Assembly (NCBI GenBank): GCA_033813415.1
Contig: JAPXRV010000001.1
Location: 40,524-104,523, forward strand
DNA: 64,000 nucleotides
Direction: 5' to 3'
Origin: Opitutales bacterium
GTDB taxonomy: Bacteria; Verrucomicrobiota; Verrucomicrobiia; Opitutales; JAFGAQ01
Below the pieces are notes generated by a model, which was not told the DNA's origin, made no database searches, and saw nothing but the letters and a program-made list of their open reading frames with translations. Position numbers and translations under genes: made by a program. This document shows positions 33,363 to 42,342 of the stretch, in pieces (the stretch's first letter is position 1; each line of letters starts with the position of its first letter).

Positions 33363-35063
33363 TTAAGCATCGGTGCCAAATGAATCATCTGAAGAAAAGC
33401 CCAGCACGGCAAGTATTTCTTCTGCCGAAGTCACTCCATTGACGATTTTGTTCCAGGCGTTTTCCCTCATTGAACAGAATCCCGTGTCGTCTAGGTGCCG
33501 TGCTAGACGTCTGCGCGATTCCCCATCGTGCACCAATCGAAGAAACGTGTCATCGGCCTGGAAAGCCTCGTATATTCCTGTTCTCCCTCTGTATGACTTA
33601 TCCTCCACTCCTGCTTTCCAGAAAATGAGTGGCTTATTACCGCAATCCGCGGTGTTCAGGCCAGGTTCGCCCAATGCCCGCCGGAGGCTCGTATCCGGCG
33701 TGTAGGGAATCCGCTCCTCCGGGATCATCTTTCTGACCAATCGCTGCGACATCGCTCCCCGGAACGCCGCACTCAAAAGATAGGACTCGACACCAAGATC
33801 GCGCAAGCGAATCACAGCGCCCAAAGCATCTCTCGTATGGAGCGACGTGAAGACGGCGTGGCCGGTGAATGCAGCTTGGACGGCTATCGATGCGGTTTCG
33901 CGATCCCTGATCTCCCCGATCATGATCGAGTCCGGATTCTGCCTCAGGATGGAGCGCAGAGCCGAAGCGAATGTCATTCCGGACCTTTTGTTGACTTGCA
34001 CCTGATTGACCCCATGAACCACTGACTCGACAGGATCCTCGACCGTGATGATCTTCAGACTGTCCGGATCCATCGCACGGAGAGCCGCGTAAAGCGTGGT
34101 CGATTTCCCTGCTCCCGTCGGTCCGCAAACCACAAAGAGTCCATCCGAACCTTGGATTACCTTTTCAATGGTTTGCCGCACCCCCGCATCCATACCCAGC
34201 TCATCCAAGGTCCTGTTTGCTGAGTTGTCCATGAGCAACCGGACCGCAAGGCATTCGCCATGGAGTGATGGAATCGACGAAACCCGGCAGTCCACGTTGG
34301 TTCCGGCGTGGAGGAAGGTCATGCTTCCGTCCTGCGGCAGTCGCTTCTCACCCAGATTCATTCCGCTCAGAAGCTTCATCCGGGCCGATAGGGCCTGCGA
34401 AAGTTCTTTTTGGGGAGCATCCACCACACAGAGAACCCCGTCCAATCGATACCGCACACGCCCCCCATCTCCAGTTTGCTCGAGATGGATGTCCGACGCT
34501 CCTCGTGAGACCGCATCGCCTATCATCCAATCAATGTAACCCGATACACTGTCCGTTCGCTCCAGTCGACAGAGTGCTGCTCCAATAACCGCCTCCTCTT
34601 CCGGTCGGGTTCCGAATGCCGCCTCCATGAGCCGCTTCCAGTGGTGTGGAGTTGCCAACATGGGCACTACTTTTTTTCCATAGTTTTGGGATAGCAGTTC
34701 GCAATGAACTTCCTGCCATGGATAACACACCGCGGCCTGCACCGAATCATCCGCCCCGATGGATATAGGAAGGATGCGCATCCTTTCAACCTGCTGTTCA
34801 GAAATGCGATCCGTTATCAATTCCGGATCCGGGCGGGAGCTTCCATCGAGCACTGTCACATCAAGTTCAGCCGCCAGACTCCCGAGGATTCTGGCGTTCA
34901 ACTCCTCCGTTCGGCTCAGGCTCAAAGCCTCATAGAGCAGACGTTCGCGCTCAACGTAATCCGCCTCGGCATGAACCCCATCCAGCAGATCATGTGCCTC
35001 GTCTGGCAGGATGAAGTGATGCTTTTCCAGAATCCGGATAATGTAGCTGTGAGCGAGTCCCAC
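33363..35063 (-). CDS. PilB/GspE-family assembly ATPase with T2SSE_N-type N-terminus
   Basis: VCGPTGAGKSTTLYAAL, IITVEDPVE, SIMIGEIRDRETA and GHAVFTSLHT. 566 aa. The GTG start lies 17 nt after the rho stop. Confidence 0.85.
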   Translation of the reverse strand: MGLAHSYIIRILEKHHFILPDEAHDLLDGVHAEADYVERERLLYEALSLSRTEELNARILGSLAAELDVTVLDGSSRPDPELITDRISEQQVERMRILPISIGADDSVQAAVCYPWQEVHCELLSQNYGKKVVPMLATPHHWKRLMEAAFGTRPEEEAVIGAALCRLERTDSVSGYIDWMIGDAVSRGASDIHLEQTGDGGRVRYRLDGVLCVVDAPQKELSQALSARMKLLSGMNLGEKRLPQDGSMTFLHAGTNVDCRVSSIPSLHGECLAVRLLMDNSANRTLDELGMDAGVRQTIEKVIQGSDGLFVVCGPTGAGKSTTLYAALRAMDPDSLKIITVEDPVESVVHGVNQVQVNKRSGMTFASALRSILRQNPDSIMIGEIRDRETASIAVQAAFTGHAVFTSLHTRDALGAVIRLRDLGVESYLLSAAFRGAMSQRLVRKMIPEERIPYTPDTSLRRALGEPGLNTADCGNKPLIFWKAGVEDKSYRGRTGIYEAFQADDTFLRLVHDGESRRRLARHLDDTGFCSMRENAWNKIVNGVTSAEEILAVLGFSSDDSFGTDA

Positions 35064-35080
35064 AGCTCAATCTATAATGA

Positions 35081-37327
35081 CTAGCGATTAACTGTCATCA
35101 AAAATTCGGCATTTGTTCCGGTTTTCTTCACTTTCGAGATCAGCATTTCCATCGCGTCTGTCGAGGGAACTCCCTTCATTGCTCTGCGGAGTGAGTAGAC
35201 TTTGTTCAACTCATCTGGATGGTAAAGCAGTTCTTCCTTGCGTGTGCCACTCTTCTCCATGCTGAGCGCAGGGAAAATACGTTTATCCACCAGCGCGCGG
35301 TCAAGGTGCAACTCCATGTTACCCGTGCCCTTGAACTCCTCAAAAATCACTTCGTCCATCTTGCTGCCGGTTTCGACAAGAGCCGTCGCAATGATGGTCA
35401 GGCTCCCTCCACCTTCGATGTTTCTCGCAGATCCGAAAAAGCGCTTGGGCTTCTGCAGCGCATTGGCTTCCACACCACCCGATAGGATCTTGCCGCTGCT
35501 GGGCATGACCGTGTTGTAGGCGCGCGCCAGACGCGTAATCGAGTCGAGCAATATCACAACGTCCTTGCCTGCCTCTACCATGCGCCTCGATTTCTCAATC
35601 ACCATCTCGGCGGCATGGACATGGCTCTCAGCCGATTCGTCAAACGTGGAAGAAACCACTTCACCCCTTACCCTTCTGCGGAAATCGGTCACTTCCTCAG
35701 GCCGTTCGTCAATCAGAAGAACGATGAGGTGTGCGTCCGGATAATTCGTTTGGATCGAATTCGCCATGCCTTGCAGCAGGACCGTTTTCCCCGTCCGTGG
35801 CGGTGCCACGATCAGGCCTCTTTGTCCAAAACCGATCGGGGAAATCAGGTCGACGACACGCATCGACACTTTGTTGGATTCCTCCTGCTTGTCGCATTCC
35901 AGAAGAATACGGCGGAGAGGATAATAAGGGATCTGTTCGGTGAAGGGAATGATCTGGCCAGCTTGCTCGGCCGTCGTCCCCTGCACTTCGAGGATCGCGG
36001 TAACCAGCGGACATGTGGAGTCCTCCACCGCCGGTATAATCCGGGCGAGAATGTCATGCCCCCTCTTGAGCGCCAGCTTGCGGATAAACAAGGCGGGGAC
36101 AAACGCACTGAGCGCCCTGATCCGATAGCTGTCGGATGAATAGGTCAAGAGTCCGTTTCCGTCTCCAAGGATTTCCAGAACTCCGCGAACCGTGATGATT
36201 CTGCGGTTCGAAAACGCGTGTTTAAGCAAAGCTTCGATCAGCGTCTTGCGATTGGATCCGGACGGAATTTCGGGAGCAAACGGGTGAACAACGGCCCTCA
36301 AGGCTTCCAGAGGCATGTTGTAAATTTCACTGAGGTCAAGAGCTTCGGTTGAAGCGGGAGCGCCTTCAGCGGGAGCGACCTCAGCATGAACCACTTCAGC
36401 TGGTGCGCCTTCAGCGGAAGGTTGCGCTCCCTCATCCGACGCAATAGGCGTTGGATCCATGAGGGACTGGATGCCTTCCAACGTCTGCAGCGCTTGCAGT
36501 CCGTTCAGATTTCCCAGGTCGAGTTGATCGTCCACCTCCGCGTTGAGTCCGTCGATATTGAAACGTTCCCTCCTCGGCTTTTTGTCCACAACCTTGTTTT
36601 TCCAGGGTGGCAGATTCTTCTTCTTGTTCTGCATCTGGGGATTGTTGGAGTGCTGGGAGCCACGGTTTCCTCCATCATGCCGGCCCTGATGGTCATTGCG
36701 GTTGTCAAACCGGGGTCGGAAATCCCGCCCCTGGTGTCCTCCGCCCTGGCGCTGAAAGCCCTGACGGTCCGGACGTCCGCCATGTTCACCCCGGTCGCGT
36801 CCCTGATTCTGCCCTTGCCCCGGATTCTGATTCCGCTGTTGCTGCGGTTGACCTTGATCCCTTGCGCCCCCATCAGCGGGAGTATCCGAATGACTTCTCT
36901 CTTCGCGTTGCTGCGGATGATTGCGTTCCCGCGAATCACCGGAACCGGCATCATCCCGATCCGTTGAGTCCGATGACGGCTGGGGTTCCGGACTCCTTTC
37001 GACTGGAGGATTGTAGTCTTCAGCGTCCGAACTGAACAATAACTCCCGCTGGGCTTCCGGTTTGGGAGGCTTGGGTGCATCCGTGCGGTTGCGGCGCGGC
37101 CCACGCGCCGGATTCCTCTTCTCTGATGCTTCTGGCCGGGGCGTGCCAGACTCTTTTTTTGCAGGCGCTTCGCTTGGAGAAACTGCCGCAGGAACGACAA
37201 CTTCCGCCTGTGCTTCGGAAGCCTCCGCGCGAGGCTTCCTGGGTCTGCGCGTGGATGGCTTGCGTGGGGTTGCGATGGGGGAGATTTCTTCCGGGAGGCC
37301 CTGTTCAGTTTCCTTTGAATCAGTCAT
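35081..37327 (-). CDS. rho: transcription termination factor Rho with an N-terminal extension of about 327 aa
   Basis: The C-terminal ~420 aa align throughout with canonical Rho: [58 protein letters not shown] and [38 protein letters not shown]. Confidence 0.95.
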   Translation of the reverse strand: MTDSKETEQGLPEEISPIATPRKPSTRRPRKPRAEASEAQAEVVVPAAVSPSEAPAKKESGTPRPEASEKRNPARGPRRNRTDAPKPPKPEAQRELLFSSDAEDYNPPVERSPEPQPSSDSTDRDDAGSGDSRERNHPQQREERSHSDTPADGGARDQGQPQQQRNQNPGQGQNQGRDRGEHGGRPDRQGFQRQGGGHQGRDFRPRFDNRNDHQGRHDGGNRGSQHSNNPQMQNKKKNLPPWKNKVVDKKPRRERFNIDGLNAEVDDQLDLGNLNGLQALQTLEGIQSLMDPTPIASDEGAQPSAEGAPAEVVHAEVAPAEGAPASTEALDLSEIYNMPLEALRAVVHPFAPEIPSGSNRKTLIEALLKHAFSNRRIITVRGVLEILGDGNGLLTYSSDSYRIRALSAFVPALFIRKLALKRGHDILARIIPAVEDSTCPLVTAILEVQGTTAEQAGQIIPFTEQIPYYPLRRILLECDKQEESNKVSMRVVDLISPIGFGQRGLIVAPPRTGKTVLLQGMANSIQTNYPDAHLIVLLIDERPEEVTDFRRRVRGEVVSSTFDESAESHVHAAEMVIEKSRRMVEAGKDVVILLDSITRLARAYNTVMPSSGKILSGGVEANALQKPKRFFGSARNIEGGGSLTIIATALVETGSKMDEVIFEEFKGTGNMELHLDRALVDKRIFPALSMEKSGTRKEELLYHPDELNKVYSLRRAMKGVPSTDAMEMLISKVKKTGTNAEFLMTVNR

Positions 37328-37429
37328 GATGGATAAAATTGGGTGTGCGATTGGGGAAATGCCTGTTTCCGTGGAGGCGTGTGATCACCTGCAGCCAAGC
37401 AAATCCGGAAGCCTTTCAGCTTCTCACGA

Positions 37430-38014
37430 TCAACCTTCGGACCGGAGCCTATCCGTCAGCAGACGAATCTGATCCTTCAAAAAGGTTATCGAACCGTTGT
37501 TTAGTAGTACAAAATGAGAAAGGGTTGCTTTGGTGTTTTGTGGTAGCTGGGCGTTTATGCGTCGTTTGATAGCGGCGAGGTCCATTCCTCTTTGCTCCAG
37601 CCTTCGGATCTTCACATCCGAATGTGCCCATACTGTAACACAAAACCGGAAATCGTTTTCAAGCCTTTTTTCAAACAGCAGTGGGATTTCGACGACATTC
37701 AGATCTCCCTCGTGGGTTCGCAAAAATGCTTTCCACGCTTCTCTCACTCTAGGATGAACGATCGCTTCAAGGGCCTCAAGAGCGGATGAATCGCCAAAGA
37801 CGAGTGCCCCGAGGGATTTTCGATTCACGCTCCCGTCAGGGTTCAATATGCCTGAATCGAAACGCGCCGACACTTCCTGGATCGTGTCCGGATCGGAGGA
37901 AAGCAGACGATGCACCGCTTCATCGGCTGAAAACGTATTCCATCCGAGAGAAGCGAAGATCCTCAGCACGGTTGACTTGCCGGATCCGATGTCTCCTGTG
38001 AGTCCAAGGTTCAT
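37430..38014 (-). CDS. coaE: dephospho-CoA kinase
   Basis: MNLGLTGDIGSGKSTVLRIF, EIPLLFE, about 194 aa. Confidence 0.9.
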   Translation of the reverse strand: MNLGLTGDIGSGKSTVLRIFASLGWNTFSADEAVHRLLSSDPDTIQEVSARFDSGILNPDGSVNRKSLGALVFGDSSALEALEAIVHPRVREAWKAFLRTHEGDLNVVEIPLLFEKRLENDFRFCVTVWAHSDVKIRRLEQRGMDLAAIKRRINAQLPQNTKATLSHFVLLNNGSITFLKDQIRLLTDRLRSEG

Positions 38015-38097
38015 GTAAAGAAATGCATCGAAAGGTTCATCCGATCAATCGGCGTCATTGTCGAAAACTTCAGAAACACGATTTATCCGATCCGTCT

Positions 38098-40308
38098 TCA
38101 GGTGGAAGCCGGTGCAGAAGAAAGGTGCCGCATTTGCCCATCCCTGATCGCCCTCTTTTCATTCTCAGTCCAAAGATGCGGAGGTGGACGGTTTCCCCAC
38201 ACCGGGCGCTGCATTCCTTCGTAAGAGAATGCAACCGAAGGCTTCATGATCAGACTCCACGCCAAACGGGTAAGTTGTTGACCCTCAAGTGTTTGCCCAG
38301 GAATCCACTCCATCGCGACCTTGTGGAAACCTGATCCGACGCCTTCAAGACACCCGCCTGTCCCGTCCCTCAAGCATTCATCTGCGATCCGCAGGTACAG
38401 GTCATCCTTTCGAATCTTTCCCTCTAATAAATCCGGCGATACCAGCGCCCACACGCGTTCCGGCGTTTCCAGCCTCAGCCAGTTCTGAAAGGGGTGCCAT
38501 TGGCCATCCGCACGAATCCGGGATTCTCCTTTTGCCAACCCACATGAAAGAGAATTCTCCTGTGCGTTGGCACCCTTTACAACTAAGTCCAAAGCAGAGT
38601 CCAACTGATTCCAATCCACCGTCAGGTGCAACTTCACCCGATTCTCCCCTTCATGGATTTCTACGCGGACCACGAGTTTACTGTTGTCAAAAGATCCAAC
38701 CGCCTGCCACACCGCTCGCAAAGAACCTTCCTCCACAAGCTGCCATGGTTTCCACGACCATCCCGCTTCCGGATCGGCTCCCTGCGCTCCATCCACGGAA
38801 AAAGTGATTTCGATGGTGTTCGATCGGGTGCCCTTCGCTTCCCCATCCGACAAATCCAGAAGACCCTCCTTTTTCGAGGTCGCCTTCACGAGACCGTTGG
38901 AAATCGAGTTCGCTGAAAGCGAAAATACGCCAGAATCCTTCTTTGCATTGGCGACCGGCTCATCCATCGTTCCCGGTATTCGAATCAGCCCTTCAAAACG
39001 TCCACTCACATCAACCGGAACCTTTGTCAGAAGTCGAACCGCTCCGGGTTCATCGGCGATCAGTTGCACCGGGTATTGCTTCCCACCCAAATCACAGAGC
39101 ATCCTCGAGCCCCAGCAGTCTCCATCCAGATGCGCGACGGCCTCCACCCAACTCTCATTAGCTTTCCCGATCCGGCCTGCCAAATTCTCGATCAGGATCT
39201 GCTGGTGGTGGCTTTGCGTGTTCCGGTGGACCATCCAATCGAGAATCCCTTGCTGAATCAACTCCATGGCATTGGTCTCCGCTCTTGATCGAAGCCGTTC
39301 CAAGGCAGGTTCACAGCCGCGTGTCCCTTCATCCAAAAACGAGGATTCCGCCATCAACAGATCCTTCCAGATGCTTTCATTCTTCAATGCGGCCTCGTTC
39401 TTCCGACCCTTGTCGGTAATCATGCCCGGGATAACTTCTGTGTGCATGGCCAACACTTCGGCCCTGAGTTGTTTCCTCCGAGACTTCAGACTTCCACAGG
39501 CCGGCTTGTCTCTCCCAACACGTCCAATCCGTCCCTCCACGACCGGAAAACTGTCGGACATCAGGAAGGCCTCACTCATGAATTCCTCATAAGAGCTGAA
39601 CTTGAGAAGGACATCCCTGAAGGCGTCCTTGTGCTGCCTCAGGTATTCGATGTTTGCCTTCGTTGGACCTCCACCCCATGGGCCCAATCCATAGGGACAA
39701 GGCACATGGCCAAGCATGAGGCTGCCATTCTCCACGGCTTCCATGAGATGACCATAGAGATCGTCGCTCCGCGTGAGGTGGTTCGGATGGATTCTCGAAC
39801 ACAGTATTTCGCCGCCCTCCGGTCCTTTCCATCGGAATAATGGGGAAGGTAGTGATTCAGGCCAATCCGGTAAGTAGATGAACATCCCTTGGAAATGAAA
39901 CCTCGCTAGCAAGTCAGGCACGAACGCCGGAAGCGACCGGAGTTCCGGATGGAAAAATACTTTTGGAACCACTCCCAGTTTCTCCCGGCAATACCCGATC
40001 CCGATCTCGAATTGCTTGACCCACCCGGCATAGGTCTGGGTATCCGGATCAGGTAACGTGAAACAGCCGTTGATCACACTCCATTGACGTTTCCGGATCA
40101 GCTTCACGATCCGTTTGAACAGCGTTGGATCATAGCGCTCAACCGCCTCATAGGCCCAGATATCGCCATTCGAAAACCTGTAATCCGGCGACTCCGCGCA
40201 CCGGTCAGCCGCAGCTCTAAAGGTTGCGATGGCCTGATCAATCGCAGGTTGCCCAGTTTCGCCCTCGATGGGTCGGAAACGGGCGTTTCCAATCATATGA
40301 ACAATCAT
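38098..40308 (-). CDS. GH38-like (alpha-mannosidase family) protein, divergent
   Basis: N-terminal region resembles the GH38 catalytic domain: FSNGDIWAYEAVERYDPTLFKRIVKLIRKRQWSVINGCFTLPD and YAGWVKQFEIGIGYC. The usual metal and nucleophile motifs look substituted. Family assignment is by eye only. Confidence 0.4.
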   Translation of the reverse strand: MIVHMIGNARFRPIEGETGQPAIDQAIATFRAAADRCAESPDYRFSNGDIWAYEAVERYDPTLFKRIVKLIRKRQWSVINGCFTLPDPDTQTYAGWVKQFEIGIGYCREKLGVVPKVFFHPELRSLPAFVPDLLARFHFQGMFIYLPDWPESLPSPLFRWKGPEGGEILCSRIHPNHLTRSDDLYGHLMEAVENGSLMLGHVPCPYGLGPWGGGPTKANIEYLRQHKDAFRDVLLKFSSYEEFMSEAFLMSDSFPVVEGRIGRVGRDKPACGSLKSRRKQLRAEVLAMHTEVIPGMITDKGRKNEAALKNESIWKDLLMAESSFLDEGTRGCEPALERLRSRAETNAMELIQQGILDWMVHRNTQSHHQQILIENLAGRIGKANESWVEAVAHLDGDCWGSRMLCDLGGKQYPVQLIADEPGAVRLLTKVPVDVSGRFEGLIRIPGTMDEPVANAKKDSGVFSLSANSISNGLVKATSKKEGLLDLSDGEAKGTRSNTIEITFSVDGAQGADPEAGWSWKPWQLVEEGSLRAVWQAVGSFDNSKLVVRVEIHEGENRVKLHLTVDWNQLDSALDLVVKGANAQENSLSCGLAKGESRIRADGQWHPFQNWLRLETPERVWALVSPDLLEGKIRKDDLYLRIADECLRDGTGGCLEGVGSGFHKVAMEWIPGQTLEGQQLTRLAWSLIMKPSVAFSYEGMQRPVWGNRPPPHLWTENEKRAIRDGQMRHLSSAPAST

Positions 40309-40464
40309 GCTGACAAAGCGGTTGGAGTATATGCCTCACTAAGCCCATATTCTGATGGTTCTCCGGTGGATGGATCCGGGTGGGCGTTGTTCTGGTATCG
40401 GGTATAACGATGGCGCTTTGGTATTGTAAAGACAAACCCTAATCCTTTGATTCTTCTCTCCCTT

Positions 40465-40989
40465 ATGAATACCATTGATGCCATCCTGACCCGCCGCAGC
40501 ATACGTTCGTTCAAGCCGGACCCGATCGATCACGGGCAGGTCCTCACCCTCCTGCGCTCCGCGATGCATGCGCCTTCGGCGATTGATGAGCAACCCTGGC
40601 AGTATGTGGTCGTCACAGATCGCGACAAACTCCAGGCGATCCCCACTGCTCACACCCACGCCGGCTTGGTGGCGGGAGCGCCGCTGGCGATTCTGGTGTG
40701 TGGCGATATGTCCCGCCTGAAAGTTGATGGCTACTGGGTTCAGGATTGTTCGTGCGCGGCGCAGAATATCCTGTTGGCGGCTCATGCGTCCGGGCTTGGA
40801 GCGGTTTGGGTCGGAGTATACCCGACAACGGCCAATGTGACTTCGCTCAGCCGGTATTTCGATCTTCCGGAGACTGTAATTCCGTTTGCCCTGATTGCCA
40901 TTGGCCATCCGGCGGAGGAATGTGGCCCCAAAGACACCTTTGATTCCAGTCTTGTCCATTGGGACTCATGGGGAGTTGCCTCAAAATAG
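40465..40989 (+). CDS. nitroreductase family protein
   Basis: IDAILTRRSIRSFKPDPI, QPWQYVVV and ILLAAHASGLGAVWVG. Confidence 0.85.
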   Translation: MNTIDAILTRRSIRSFKPDPIDHGQVLTLLRSAMHAPSAIDEQPWQYVVVTDRDKLQAIPTAHTHAGLVAGAPLAILVCGDMSRLKVDGYWVQDCSCAAQNILLAAHASGLGAVWVGVYPTTANVTSLSRYFDLPETVIPFALIAIGHPAEECGPKDTFDSSLVHWDSWGVASK

Positions 40990-41024
40990 CGTCTCCCACT
41001 CACGGCCCTGCGCGAGATTATGAC

Positions 41025-42056
41025 TTACTTCTCCGTGCGTCGCAACCGGTGCGCGATCACGGGGGCAATCATGAGCTGGACAGGATGGTAAATCAGCAGC
41101 GGGAAAATGATCATGCCCATGTTAGGTGATGCGCCGAACAGCGTCATCAGAATGGGTCCTCCGGTTGCCAATGCCTTTTGCGTGCTCGAAAAAAAGATCG
41201 CCGACCGCACCGCTTGACTCGTTGGCACCCGTTTGCGTAACCACATTACCAGACCGATTTGGATCGCCAGGAACGCCGTCGTGAGCAAAAAGGCCTCCAG
41301 CGTGATCGGCCAGTCATACTTCGTCCAGAGACCATCAGATACGCTGTTCGAGAAAGCGGCAAATACGATCATACACAAGACCGCGTAGTCCACCCACTTG
41401 ATGGCCCTTTTGAAGCGGTCAACCCAGGTGCGAAGAAACGGACGGCACAGCATCCCGAGGGCAAGCGGGATCAGGATCGTGCGCGCAAGCTTCAGGATTG
41501 CCTCTGCCACCGATAGCCCGCCGGTTATCGGTTCACTGATCAAAAACGCGCACATCAACGGTATCGTGAATACCGCGAGCACATTGGACAGTGCGGAGTT
41601 CACGATCGCGATCACCGGATCCCCTCCGGCCCTTTGGGTGAACAAAATCGAGGAAAACACCGTGGTGGGCAGGAAAGACAACAACAACAGCCCGTTCCGC
41701 ATCGCCGGAGCCTGTTCGCCGGGAGCCAATGCCAGAATGATCCATGCCAGCAACGGAGAAACCATCAGAATCCAAATCTGGATCAACACATGGATCCTCC
41801 ACTGGACCAATCCGGCAATCAGTTGTTTACGCGGAAGCGTCAACCCCAGACTGAAAAACACAAACCACACACCGTATCCAGCCAGAATGTCCGTTCTCAG
41901 CACCCCACCCTTTTTCCCTACTTCCGAAAAGAAGTGGGCCAGCCCGATACAGGAAAAAAGGCAGATCAGAAAGCCGTGACTCCATACGAAGCCCGCCAGA
42001 GCCCTCAATGCTCCTTTATGTCTGTCTGTAGCCGAAGAATGTGCCGCTTGCTCCAT
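41025..42056 (-). CDS. bile acid:sodium symporter (BASS/SBF-like, YfeH-type) family transporter
   Basis: About 10 TM segments of SBF-like pattern (LLLSFLPTTVFSSILFTQRAGGD, LLIYHPVQLMIAPVIA). ATG at 42056 is preferred over TTG at 42095. Confidence 0.75.
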   Translation of the reverse strand: MEQAAHSSATDRHKGALRALAGFVWSHGFLICLFSCIGLAHFFSEVGKKGGVLRTDILAGYGVWFVFFSLGLTLPRKQLIAGLVQWRIHVLIQIWILMVSPLLAWIILALAPGEQAPAMRNGLLLLSFLPTTVFSSILFTQRAGGDPVIAIVNSALSNVLAVFTIPLMCAFLISEPITGGLSVAEAILKLARTILIPLALGMLCRPFLRTWVDRFKRAIKWVDYAVLCMIVFAAFSNSVSDGLWTKYDWPITLEAFLLTTAFLAIQIGLVMWLRKRVPTSQAVRSAIFFSSTQKALATGGPILMTLFGASPNMGMIIFPLLIYHPVQLMIAPVIAHRLRRTEK

Positions 42057-42342
42057 GCTCCGGTTCTGTTTGTCAGAGTGTCCGCCCCTGTGCAAGTCGC
42101 ATCAGCGCGCCATGCCCAAACCTGATAATCATCCCGGCGGCAGGAAACCCTGATATTTCAAAATCAAGTCTACCCTTCAGTTTAGCTTGCCAACGACGCG
42201 AATGCGCTGAATCATCCCGCCCCATCCGGACGATCGTGTATGGGATCCCCGCACGGCAGGTTATGAGCCTCAATGGCACATTCAGGCCGAGCAAAACCAC
42301 ACGCTCGCCCTTCTTTTTTTTCATTATCCCACTCAGAATAAT

